64,000 bases of DNA, from NCBI GenBank assembly GCA_963707985.1, contig CAVPRW010000027.1, forward strand, positions 64,001 to 128,000, read 5' to 3'. The notes below the pieces were generated by a model, which searched no databases, had not been told where the DNA came from, and saw only the letters and a list, made by a program, of their open reading frames with translations. The stretch is from an uncultured Nitrospinota bacterium. Its GTDB lineage: Bacteria > Tectomicrobia > Entotheonellia > J063 > CAVPRW01. A program made the translations under genes and the position numbers. Position 1 is the stretch's first letter. Each line of letters starts with the position of its first letter. Below, piece after piece: positions 1-9,151 of the stretch.

Positions 1-879
1 GTTTCGGTGCTATGTGAGGTGTGGGAGTCTCTCGCGAAGTGGCTGGATTGGTATGCGCGCATGGTGGTGGGGTGGGTGATGCAGAGCCAGATCGATGCCC
101 CATTGGTGCAGGCCACGTGGCGTATGGCGCGGGGGTACCGGCGTCCCGCTGCCGGGCTGATGCAGCATGCGGAGGTAGTGTCCCTGATTTATTGATTTTC
201 TTAACCCTCCCTGGTATATACAGACGAGTGGTGAAGCGGTGTTATGCACGTCTAGTCCAGGAAAGGAACGTCTGTGATGGTCGTAGAGCCGATTCACTGT
301 CCCGGCTGTCAGGGAACGGCTGTGGATTTTTGTGAAAAAAAAGGGGCAGCAGCGATGGTTATAGCATGCCATTGCTCATCAGCAGCGCGGGGTCGTCTTG
401 GCTTATGTGTGTGGCACCCATGAGGATGACGTATTCTTACCGTTGCAGACATGGTTACAGCCTTGTGGCATCTCATGATTGTACACCGAGCACGCCGGGC
501 GTGTAGCAACGGCATCTGAGTCTGGAGACCCAGACAGTCGGCAAGCCGCACACCCAAACGATCGAGTATACGCCTCTCCCCTGGCGGACCCGCATCAAGC
601 GGTGGGCGCGAAAGACCATCGGTTTTTCGAAATCCATCAGGCTGCCTGAGATCGTCCTGGGACTCTTCGTGAATCGTGATGAATTTACACTTCCGATCTA
701 AAACCCATGTCAACAAATCTGAGACACTATCGGACGCGCGGAATGAGGTGATCGGTGACATCGAAATGTTCTACCACAGCAAGCGGCTGCACTCGTATGT
801 GGCGTATGTCAGTGCCCATGACTTCGAGCGGTTGTCCATGGTGTCTTAACTCACTGTCCGTTTTTACTTGACCATCACA
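1..879 (+). mobile_element. IS3-family element remnant (integrase-core fragments), interrupted by an IS1 remnant
   Basis: 7-173 translates to DWYARMVVGWVMQSQIDAPLVQATWRMARGYRRPAAGLMQH (IS3 rve core). About 730-849 translates to ARNEVIGDIEMFYHSKRLHSYVAYVSAHDFE (IS3 C-terminal motif), followed by a terminus ending ...CTTGACCATCACA. Confidence 0.75.
174..731 (+). mobile_element. Degenerate IS1-family element (InsB pseudogene with imperfect terminal inverted repeats)
   Basis: Left end GGTAGTGTCCCTGATTTATTG matches the reverse complement of the right end, GATAGTGTCTCAGATTTGTTG. Internal translation WIFVKKKGQQRWL*HAI...VLAYVCG...VGKPHTQTIE...RTRIKRWARKTIGFSKS...GLFVNRDEF is InsB-like, with stops and a frameshift. 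Confidence 0.75.
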
Positions 880-946
880 TGTTACAGTGGAGGTGGTACA
901 TTGGACAGCTGAATTGGGTTCATTAGGCACAAGGTGAGAGCTGCAG

Positions 947-1378
947 ATGGCTGATAGCCAGCGCTTAGTCTTCGTCAGCCACAGTGGGATGGATACCTGG
1001 GTGGCTAAACAAATTGCTCGTGCGATCAGCGATTGTGGGGCAGTTCCTTTCCTGGATGAGGCGGAAATTGATGTGGGGGCTGACTTTGAAGAGGACATTC
1101 TCGCATTTCTTCAGAAAGCAGACGAGCTTGTTGTCCTGCTGACACCATGGGCTCTTGAGCGGCCATATGTGTGGGCAGAGCTCGGTGCGGCATGGGGAAG
1201 ACAAATTCCCATCGTTGGCCTCCTACATGGTCTGACGGTCGCCGAGCTGCAATCACGTGCAAGCATTCCCATACTTCTCAAAAGGCGAGATCTTTTACCA
1301 CTCAACCAAATCGACACCTATCTCGAGCAGCTGCGGGGACGCGTGCAGAACGAATCCCGTAGGAACATCGAGGAGTAA
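947..1378 (+). CDS. Stand-alone TIR domain protein (TIR_2-like)
   Basis: VFVSHS box, FLDEAEIDVGADF, LVVLLTP, PYVWAELGAAW with the conserved TIR catalytic Glu. Confidence 0.9.
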   Translation: MADSQRLVFVSHSGMDTWVAKQIARAISDCGAVPFLDEAEIDVGADFEEDILAFLQKADELVVLLTPWALERPYVWAELGAAWGRQIPIVGLLHGLTVAELQSRASIPILLKRRDLLPLNQIDTYLEQLRGRVQNESRRNIEE

Positions 1379-1380
1379 CC

Positions 1381-1785
1381 ATGAGTCGGCCGAATGTCTT
1401 TATTTCTCACTCACACGAGGATTCCGAATGGGTCCGCCAATTCGCGGAGGCCCTCAAGGACCTTGACGTAGCCGTGTGGTTCGATGAATGGCAAATCAAA
1501 GCGGGTGATCCGCTTCGAGATGCCATAGAAAGGGGATTGCGGGACAGCGATGCCATCGTAGCGGTTCTCTCAGCCGCCAATATACTCCGCCCGAATGTGC
1601 TCTTCGAGCTTGGTGTGGCGCTAGGAATGGGCAAAAGGTTCATCCCAATTTTGTCCCAGGACGTGAACGAGCGCCAGATCCCTTTTGATGTACGATCGCG
1701 CCGATACCTAAAGCAAGAATCCCCCGAAGTAACAGCGCGTGAGGTCGCGGCAGCCGTAAAAGGGGAAGAGGCAAGTACTGAATGA
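1381..1785 (+). CDS. Stand-alone TIR domain protein (TIR_2-like)
   Basis: VFISHSHED, VWFDEWQIKAGD, AIERGLRDSD, PNVLFELGVA with the catalytic Glu. Starts 2 nt after the first TIR gene, with a GAGGAG RBS. Confidence 0.92.
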   Translation: MSRPNVFISHSHEDSEWVRQFAEALKDLDVAVWFDEWQIKAGDPLRDAIERGLRDSDAIVAVLSAANILRPNVLFELGVALGMGKRFIPILSQDVNERQIPFDVRSRRYLKQESPEVTAREVAAAVKGEEASTE

Positions 1786-1789
1786 TTCG

Positions 1790-2281
1790 GTGTCTAGCCA
1801 ATGGATGCGGCCAATGCGACGCCACTGCACCGGGGGCTATCGTGTCGCCTCCACGGAAACCTTACCCATGGTTTTACTGAACCGCTACTCGAAAAGCGAC
1901 AAAATTCGCTACCGCGTGTACTACCCCGACGGCACCGATCGCCTCGCCTTCGCCTATCTCCGAGCCAAACGTAACGCTGAGAATGGCTCGCGGTGCTTTG
2001 ACGCCGATATGCTCACTAAGGGTGTGCGCCGGCTAGTCGCGCCGATCGATTCACGCCTGACCTTGCATTCCCTATGTCACCCCTTTGCCCCCTGGCGGCT
2101 CATGATGGGGGATTCGCTGCTCCTAGTGAAAGGGTGGATGGGCCATGCGAGTGCCGAGACACTCTTGCACTATGCTCACGTGTGGCCGGACCCGCTGCAG
2201 GATATACTCCCACTTCTTCACCGATTGCTTTGGCAACGGCAGGGCACGGGAATTTACGACAGAGGATACTACACACCTTAG
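1790..2281 (+). pseudogene. Tyrosine recombinase/integrase remnant
   Basis: LHSLCHPFAPW...VKGWMGHASAETLLHYAHV is a degenerate HxLRH...LGH...Y box II (R replaced by C). The N-terminal core is missing. It lies next to the tRNA 3' end. Confidence 0.7.
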
Positions 2282-2361
2282 TCCCCGTCCTCCATAAATC
2301 CTCCAGACTATTTTGCAAGTATCAGGCAACCCAGACAATCTGGACGAACGTCCACGGGCGC

Positions 2362-2393
2362 AAAAAAGGCCTCACGCACGCGCGTGAGGCCTT
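2362..2393 (-). terminator. Intrinsic terminator downstream of tRNA-Arg
   Basis: Hairpin AAGGCCTCACGC-n4-GCGTGAGGCCTT ending in a T run on the minus strand. Confidence 0.75.
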
Positions 2394-2403
2394 GATCCTG
2401 CAA

Positions 2404-2477
2404 TACGCCCGGAGGGGATCGAACCCCCGACCTCCTGGTTCGAAGCCAGGCGCTCTGTCCGGCTGAGCTACGGGCGC
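2404..2477 (-). tRNA. tRNA-Arg(TCG), CCA not encoded
   Basis: GCGCCCG TA GCTC AGCCGGACA GAGC G CCTGG CTTCGAA CCAGG AGGTC GGGGG TTCGATC CCCTC CGGGCGT A folds as a full cloverleaf with anticodon TCG and the A20 Arg identity base. Confidence 0.95.
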
Positions 2478-2775
2478 ACAAGAGAAATACCAAGACAGCA
2501 ATTTCAAATTGGTAACCTACTATATCATGGTCAGCACTGCGGCTGCAAGGTTGACAAAGTAAGGGTGGTGTCCTCACTTGCGCTCTCGCGGCAATCCGGT
2601 AGAACTCTCGCCTAGCAAATGAGGTCACTGCCCACTTCGGAGCGCGCTTGTGGGTTAAGGTGATTCATAGTATGGTGTCGATGTACCAACGACTGGGTGA
2701 TCGATCGGCAATGGAGTAGTCCAGGATGGGTTGTTATGACCATGAAGGCATGCGTAAGGCACCATACCCCGTGGC

Positions 2776-3618
2776 GTGATGATGGTCGAAAGTGAGCTGA
2801 GACCCATGGCAGAGATGACACCGGCTGAGCTGGAAGCCCTTGGGATCATATTACCGCCGACAGAAGATGAGCTCCCCTGCGATGATGGGATGCCAATGGA
2901 GACCCAGCGCCACGCCCTGCAAATGCAACTGCTGATCGATCCCCTACGCATATTCTGGGCTGACCGGACAGACGCCTATGTTGGCGGCAATATGTTTATC
3001 TATTTCAGCCTGGAGCAAGTCCGCCATCAGGATTTCCGAGGCCCCGATTTTTTTGCCGTGCTCGGGGTGCCAAAGCGCGAGCGTAAGAGCTGGGTGGTGT
3101 GGCAGGAAGGCAAAGGGCCAGACGTCGTGATCGAGTTGTTATCGGAGAGTACGGCAGCCCAGGACAAGGGCGAAAAAAAGGACATCTATCAGGACCGGTT
3201 ACGAGTACCGGAATATTTCTGGTTTGACCCATTTACCGCGGAGTGGGCGGGATTTGCGCTACGCAATAGGGGCTATGAGCCGCTCATGGAAGATAGTCAA
3301 GGACGCCTCATCAGCCAGTGTTTGGATCTGGTGTTGCTGCGGTGGGACGGCGTCTATCAAGACGTCGAGGCTCGCTGGTTGCGCTGGGCGACACTGGAGG
3401 GGGCACTGTTGCCAACTCCACAGGAGGTTGCTACTGAAACACAGCAACAGGCTGCCGAGGCTCAACGTCAAGCCGCTGAAGCTCAACGCCTAGCCGCTGA
3501 GGCCCAACAGCAGGCCTCTGAAGCTCAACGTCAGGCCATCGAGGCACGCGACCAAACAGCGGGATTAGAGGCCTTGCTGGCACGTTACCGTAAACGCTTT
3601 GGCGACCTACCAGAATAG
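2776..3618 (+). CDS. Uma2-family (DUF820) PD-(D/E)xK nuclease-like protein with coiled-coil tail
   Basis: ELPCDDGMPMET, GPDFFAV, GPDVVIELLSEST, VPEYFWFDP motifs. Confidence 0.9.
   Translation: MMMVESELRPMAEMTPAELEALGIILPPTEDELPCDDGMPMETQRHALQMQLLIDPLRIFWADRTDAYVGGNMFIYFSLEQVRHQDFRGPDFFAVLGVPKRERKSWVVWQEGKGPDVVIELLSESTAAQDKGEKKDIYQDRLRVPEYFWFDPFTAEWAGFALRNRGYEPLMEDSQGRLISQCLDLVLLRWDGVYQDVEARWLRWATLEGALLPTPQEVATETQQQAAEAQRQAAEAQRLAAEAQQQASEAQRQAIEARDQTAGLEALLARYRKRFGDLPE
3441..3546 (+). repeat. About five imperfect 21-bp tandem repeats encoding heptads (QRQAAEA)
   Basis: CAACGTCAAGCCGCTGAAGCT-like units; protein QQQAAEA QRQAAEA QRLAAEA QQQASEA QRQAIEA. Confidence 0.8.
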
Positions 3619-3893
3619 TATAATGCGCCACGCAGCCTTGATGTCCCCACCTTTCGTGCCAATCATAGGCCGTACGGCGACGTGAAAGAATGCGGCATCT
3701 GTCGAGAAGGTGTACCGCCATCAAGGAGATGGCCCACATCAATATGGTGGCGTTCACCATAGTATAGCGTCCAGCTTCACACAGCCACGTGCCAGTCGCG
3801 GTAGACGGCTGAGGCAAACGTGCTCTGGCATCGCTCCAGCCGCACCTCGGCAGGCGGTGCTCCTACACCGGCTCATACACCAGGTGTTCAGGC

Positions 3894-4382
3894 TTATTTG
3901 CCCTCTTTGATGCACTTTTCCAACAGATCCAGTGCCGCTTTCGCAAAAGTCCACATGTTGGCCTCGCGGTCTGCCTTCCCCGTCTCCACGGTGATGGTAC
4001 GCTCGACGGGGCCGGTGACGGCGATGCAGGCATGTCCGGCCGCGTCGCCATAGCGGTTACCGGTGGGACCGCTGGCGCCGGTTTCGGCCAATCCCCAGGT
4101 GGCACCCAGTTGTTCGCGCAACGTCCGCGCCTTCAGCAGTGCATAGGGCTCGGTGCTGGCCCGCATGCCGACCATCGCCTCATCTCCCACCCGGAGCAAA
4201 GCCCGTCTGGCAGTGGACGTGTAGACTACACCGCCACCGATGTAATACGCTGACGCGCCAGGGATCGATACCAGAGCCGCGGAAATCAACCCCCCTCCCG
4301 AAGACTCGGCAACGGCCACCGTCTGGTTGGCCGCCTTCAGGAGTGTCGCAACCGATGAAGCCAATGCAGTCAGCTCAGGCAT
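3894..4382 (-). CDS. CinA C-terminal family protein (NMN deamidase PncC-like)
   Basis: VAVAESSGGGLIS, PGASAYYIGGGVVY, ETGASGPTG motifs. Confidence 0.9.
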   Translation of the reverse strand: MPELTALASSVATLLKAANQTVAVAESSGGGLISAALVSIPGASAYYIGGGVVYTSTARRALLRVGDEAMVGMRASTEPYALLKARTLREQLGATWGLAETGASGPTGNRYGDAAGHACIAVTGPVERTITVETGKADREANMWTFAKAALDLLEKCIKEGK

Positions 4383-4748
4383 TGTGTATTCCTTTCCAAA
4401 ACCTGCCCATCGGGACGGAGGGCAGGAACGATCAGTTCATAGTTCGTCAGCACTGAACCCGCCTCCGGCATCACCTCCAGGGCTGACAGGGTGTGAGATA
4501 GGCTGTGGTAATAGCCGATGAGCATGAGTAGATCGACAACCCCAGCGTTTCCCGGCCGTGGAGATGAGTGTAGTCGGGTTTGGATAACGTGTCAATCATG
4601 CTGGCGTGGCGCTCTTCCGACATGTGTTGCACAGCTATCAGATGATAGAGGGGTCCGAGTGCCCATTTGGTGTGAGTTCTGGGGCAGTGGACACATCCAC
4701 CGCCCCAGAACTTCAGGCGATGCTCCAGGACGCTGAAGACAGGAGGGC

Positions 4749-5888
4749 TTAATCAGTGTCGTCATCACTTACGGCAACGGAACTCGAGTCCTCATCATCA
4801 GCGGCGGGCTCGATGCGCCCGTAGAGGCCTTGGGTTTCGTCCCCAGGACCAGCGGCAAAGAACAGCACATTGGTAGGCTGAGCTGCTATGCCGTTGCCGA
4901 AACTGATCCCCCATAACCCCTCGATCGCTAGCTTCTTACCGTCGGTCGTGCGAAGCCGCCCCTGGAACTTCCTGGAGTCCAGATCATAGGCATTGATGGT
5001 GCCATCGCCGAAGTTGGCGATGAGCAAACGATTGCTGAATTTACCGAAGTCCGCCGGGGCCAGGGCCAAACCCCATGGGGCATTTAACTGTCCCCCTGAC
5101 GCGAAGCGTCTGATCAATTGCCCGTTGGCATCGAACACATCAACAACGCCCAGGCCTTTGCCGGCGACATCATCCTCTTTGTCCTCGTCCTGCTTGGCAT
5201 AGGTCACATAGAGGTTGCCATTGATGTTGCGAATGCCGAACGGCGCAAAACCAGCACGGGAGGAGTGGGTCGCTAAAAGAACCTGGAGGCGTAACAGGCG
5301 TGAAATCCTTGTCGAAGACATCGATTTTGCCATTGTGAAAATCCGTTGCATAGAGGAAATTACCGGTCCCATTGGCTGCCAACGCTAGGCCCTTATAGAT
5401 CGCTTCTGATCCAGAGTTGTCGACCACCAGGAGTGCATTCGTGGGATCAACATTCGGCGCCCACGCGGCAATGGTGCCACTTTCGCTCGCGAAGATAAAG
5501 CGGCTCGGACCGGAGACATCCCCGTTGCTGACCACAAAATCGGCAGAACCGTTGAAGACAATTCCGTTCGGCTACCGAGGTCGCTGCTACCAGGCGGCGG
5601 CGGAATGGTGACATTGAGGGACTGCAAGACACCATTGCCATCGTAGAGCGTGGAAACCCCGCTGTGATTGTCGGCCACCCAGACAAAGCCGTTGGGGTTG
5701 AAGGCAATGCCCCAGGGGTTGACGAGGTTCGAGTCGGTATGGTCGGCGGGCACCGCTCCATCTGAGACCAGGTTGTGCTGCTGATAGAACTTTCCGCCCG
5801 CGTGAAGCGATGGGACCATCAACAACATCAACATGCACATCGGGGTCATCATGATGTGACGAGGATTCTTCGGCAATCGTGGCATCAT
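4749..5888 (-). CDS. TIGR03118-family secreted protein, two apparent frameshifts (about 5572 and 5258)
   Basis: Signal peptide, then YQQHNLVSD, LVNPWGIAF, AIYKGLALA, GFAPFGIRNI, LNAPWGLALAP and EGLWGISFG, spread over three ORFs in the track. Confidence 0.8.
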
Positions 5889-6138
5889 AGCTGTTCTCCT
5901 TTTTTGGTCTGGAAATAACAGACCTTCCGCCGAGGCAACGCACATGGCAATGACCACGCGCTCATGGCAGCGAGATTGAATCGCCCGAGCGCCAATTCGC
6001 TGTCTAGGAGAACAATCCACAGCGCGGGAAAAAATTCTCACCAATGAAATTGTGCTGCTTGGTGCATCTAGAAGGTAGGTGGAGCGGCTTTCGCAGCTGG
6101 GGAAAGTGAAGCGGTTCACCGCATGATGTTCGAAAGTG

Positions 6139-6921
6139 TTATGTAGGAGGACGCATTTGCCGAGCACAGAGACGGGCGTATTCGAGCGATTCCTCGACAT
6201 CGTCGTCAGACACCATGGCGGACAAGATTCCCTCTTCCGACCAGAGGATGATGGTGTAAACCCCTTGGATGAAGATCCAAAAGGTGATCCCATCCACCTC
6301 CACTTTCTTGCTGAAACCTGGGAGATGAGGCGGGTCGGAAAGGCTCACCAGTGAAACCCTGCGGTCATCCCGACCAAACAGGAGGAAGGCTCCTTCTTGG
6401 TCGGACAAGGTCAGGGTTCGAGCCCCCAGCATGTGAAATCCCCCCCAGTCGGCTTCAGGAATTCTCGGCCGAAAAGGTAGTTGCTGGCCGAACCATCGCC
6501 GAACCGTCTCACGATCGGCCGAGAACAAGGTCAACGTGACTTGACCACGAACAATCGCCTCATGGGCACTGATCAACGCTGTCAAGAGTGGTGGCAGCTT
6601 TTGATCGGTCGCCATCCAGTAGAGGCCACCTACGCCGACAAGGAGCGCTGTGGCAATGATGGCCACCGCACCACGCCATGAAAGGCGCCGTTGTCGTTCC
6701 GCCTGGCGGAGACGTCTCCCCAGGTGTTCCCGAAGGGATTTAGGAGCCTTGTATGTTGCTGTGTGGGTACGCAATTGGGAGCGCAGCTCCTGAAAAAACT
6801 GTAGCCGGCTCTGGCAGGACGAACATCTCTCGACATGTTGTTGGAACACCGAGGCTTCCGAGGGTGTGAGCTCGCCATCCAAGAAAGCCTGCAGGTCCGC
6901 ATCGCGCTCAGCACAGTTCAT
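6139..6921 (-). CDS. Anti-sigma factor (zf-HC2, single TM helix, periplasmic domain)
   Basis: MNC...AFLDGEL...HVERCSSC zinc motif and a TM helix. Its ATG overlaps the sigma-factor stop (ATGA). Confidence 0.88.
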   Translation of the reverse strand: MNCAERDADLQAFLDGELTPSEASVFQQHVERCSSCQSRLQFFQELRSQLRTHTATYKAPKSLREHLGRRLRQAERQRRLSWRGAVAIIATALLVGVGGLYWMATDQKLPPLLTALISAHEAIVRGQVTLTLFSADRETVRRWFGQQLPFRPRIPEADWGGFHMLGARTLTLSDQEGAFLLFGRDDRRVSLVSLSDPPHLPGFSKKVEVDGITFWIFIQGVYTIILWSEEGILSAMVSDDDVEESLEYARLCARQMRPPT

Positions 6922-7496
6922 ATCTGCGCCCTTCCTTGGATAGTCCCATCTGTAAAAGCTTGCATTTCCTGCTCCAAGCATCGTCGAGCCCGGTGCAATC
7001 GTGACATAACAGTCCCCACCGGACATTGCAAGATCTTCGCTATTTCTTGATACGTAAACCCCTCGATATCAGCCAAAATCACCATGACCTTAAGATCGGG
7101 CGGAAGTTTTTGCAACGCCTGATCGACAGCGACCAGGAAATTCTTTTTTATCACCTCCGCTTCAGGGTCATCGCCTCCCCTGAGTTGCCCTAGCGCTCGA
7201 GCATGAGCCGCTGGAACCGGCTCACCCGCCGATTCCGCGTAGCTCACCTCCCGTTGTGCCCGTCGACGATCTTTCAGCCACAAATTCAGCAAGATCCTAT
7301 ACAAGAGGGCTTTGCACTCATCCGCATTCGTCAGTCGGCGGTAATATCGATAGCCACGAAGAAACGCCTCTTGAACCAGATCTTCGGCATAGCTGCCATC
7401 ATGCGTCAGATGCAGCGCCGCCGCATAGAGAGAGTCCAAGTGTCGGAGCGCCAACTCCACCCCTTCTTCCTCACGCCCCTGCCTCCGATCGAACAT
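6918..7496 (-). CDS. ECF RNA polymerase sigma factor
   Basis: AEDLVQEAFLR (region 2) and YQEIAKILQCPVGTVMSRLHRAR (region 4). Confidence 0.92.
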   Translation of the reverse strand: MFDRRQGREEEGVELALRHLDSLYAAALHLTHDGSYAEDLVQEAFLRGYRYYRRLTNADECKALLYRILLNLWLKDRRRAQREVSYAESAGEPVPAAHARALGQLRGGDDPEAEVIKKNFLVAVDQALQKLPPDLKVMVILADIEGFTYQEIAKILQCPVGTVMSRLHRARRCLEQEMQAFTDGTIQGRAQI

Positions 7497-7689
7497 CGAA
7501 AAGGCCCCCCGAGGTACATGTCATGCACGACGCGGTGGGCTTTCCTCCACCTCGGAATAACGGCAGCACCTGTCTGAGCAGCGTTCTCGCGTACGGTGCT
7601 TCAGAAGACTTTTGGAATGCAGTAACTCCCTGTCAGCAGGCTGTTCATCAACTGAAGCTGTGACCAGAAGGGGGTGGCATGTCGACTCA

Positions 7690-8922
7690 TTACCATGCTG
7701 CCCGTAAGAGTTGCAGCATATCGTCAACGTACGAGTCAGGCCGCGCCCCAGCGTTAGCATTAAAGTTCTTGAGTGTGTCGCGGGCAAGCAGCGGCAAGTC
7801 GGTCTCGGGAATCGCCAAGTCGCGTACCCGTGTCGGCATGCCGATCGACCGGTAGAGAGACTCCAGAGCATCTGCGGTGGCTGCGGTGGCGCCCTCGGCT
7901 GCCATGCCATCTCTCCACACCCCTAAGGCTTCCGCAATACGCTGTGCCGGTCTCGCGTCCCGCGGTGGTGTGAGGCGTGTGACCGTCGGCATGACTGCGG
8001 AGGTGGCCTCACCCTGATGGACCGAGTCATAACGGATGTGCAAGGCTGTAGCCAGGGCATAGGCCCGGCTGGAGGTCTGATCCCGCTCGCGCCGACGGTC
8101 GGCACCGTCATCGGCCGCCCGATTTTCGAGCAATGCCGCGGCACAGAGGTCGATGCGCAGGTCGACGTTGTCCGGTTCTGACATGATGCGCGGCAAGGCA
8201 CGATGCAGCAGGCGAAACGCTTGCAAGCGATCGCCCTCGACCAGTGGATTCATCGTGGGGCTAGCCAGGTTACGGAGGGCACTGCTGAATGTCGAGGTGG
8301 CCGTTGAGCGCACGAGGGCAGGCGGCGCGGTGAGCAACGCCTCAGCATCCCAGAAGATCGCTGTCGGCCGCGTCTTAGGATCGTAGAATTCCATACGGTG
8401 GTCGAGTTGATCATTCTTCAGGCCGGTACCTGCGCGGTTCATCGCCGTGGTTGGGGTGGTCACGATGTTGATGATCGGTGGCTTCGGGGCCAGCAGTCGT
8501 GGGCTCACAGCCGGTTGACCGGGAGGATATTGGGTCATGAGCGTCAAGGGATCCCCCTGCTCCGCCAGCAATATGGCCACCGCACGGGTGCCGACGATAA
8601 CACTGCCACCACCGATGGCCATGAGCAGATCGGCCCCCACGGCTCGGGCGGCCTTCACGCCATGTTCTACGGCCGGCCAGCTGGAGTCCTTATCCATGGC
8701 ATCGAAAACCCCAGCATACAGCGATCCAAGTTGATCCTTGACGCGTTGGAGCAGATTGGTTTTATACGCCACCGTCTGGCCGCAGACCACAAATGCGCGC
8801 TGGGCCTTCGTGCGCCGTACCTCGTCGGCGAGATGGTCAAGCGCGCCAATCCCAACGTGCAGCCGCCAGGGAAAACTCACGGCGCGAAACGTGTACGATT
8901 CGAGACTGTTCACGGTCATCAC
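7690..8922 (-). CDS. Iron-containing alcohol dehydrogenase family (maleylacetate reductase-like)
   Basis: AIGGGSVI, TTPT and SIGMPTRVRDLAI motifs. Confidence 0.85.
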   Translation of the reverse strand: MMTVNSLESYTFRAVSFPWRLHVGIGALDHLADEVRRTKAQRAFVVCGQTVAYKTNLLQRVKDQLGSLYAGVFDAMDKDSSWPAVEHGVKAARAVGADLLMAIGGGSVIVGTRAVAILLAEQGDPLTLMTQYPPGQPAVSPRLLAPKPPIINIVTTPTTAMNRAGTGLKNDQLDHRMEFYDPKTRPTAIFWDAEALLTAPPALVRSTATSTFSSALRNLASPTMNPLVEGDRLQAFRLLHRALPRIMSEPDNVDLRIDLCAAALLENRAADDGADRRRERDQTSSRAYALATALHIRYDSVHQGEATSAVMPTVTRLTPPRDARPAQRIAEALGVWRDGMAAEGATAATADALESLYRSIGMPTRVRDLAIPETDLPLLARDTLKNFNANAGARPDSYVDDMLQLLRAAW

Positions 8923-9151
8923 TCCTTAAAGTAAGGCATACACTTTGGCCTCCCAGGCAAAAATCGGCTCGCGCCCCACCCACTCACCTGGTACCTCACG
9001 ATCCTGCGCGATCTCTCACCAACTCTTGCCAGAGGGTGTCCAAGGCCAGTGGGGCACCACAGACTCAGAGCCGGGAGTGGCCATCCAATCGATCTGTGCC
9101 CAGGCCGCTGCTGCAGGCTCCGTTGGCACGTCGCGAGCGTGTTGCGGCCAA

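Noticed and set aside
3441..3546. 21-bp tandem repeats as a CRISPR array or VNTR system
   Set aside because: There are no spacers; these are in-frame heptads of the coiled-coil tail common in Uma2 proteins.
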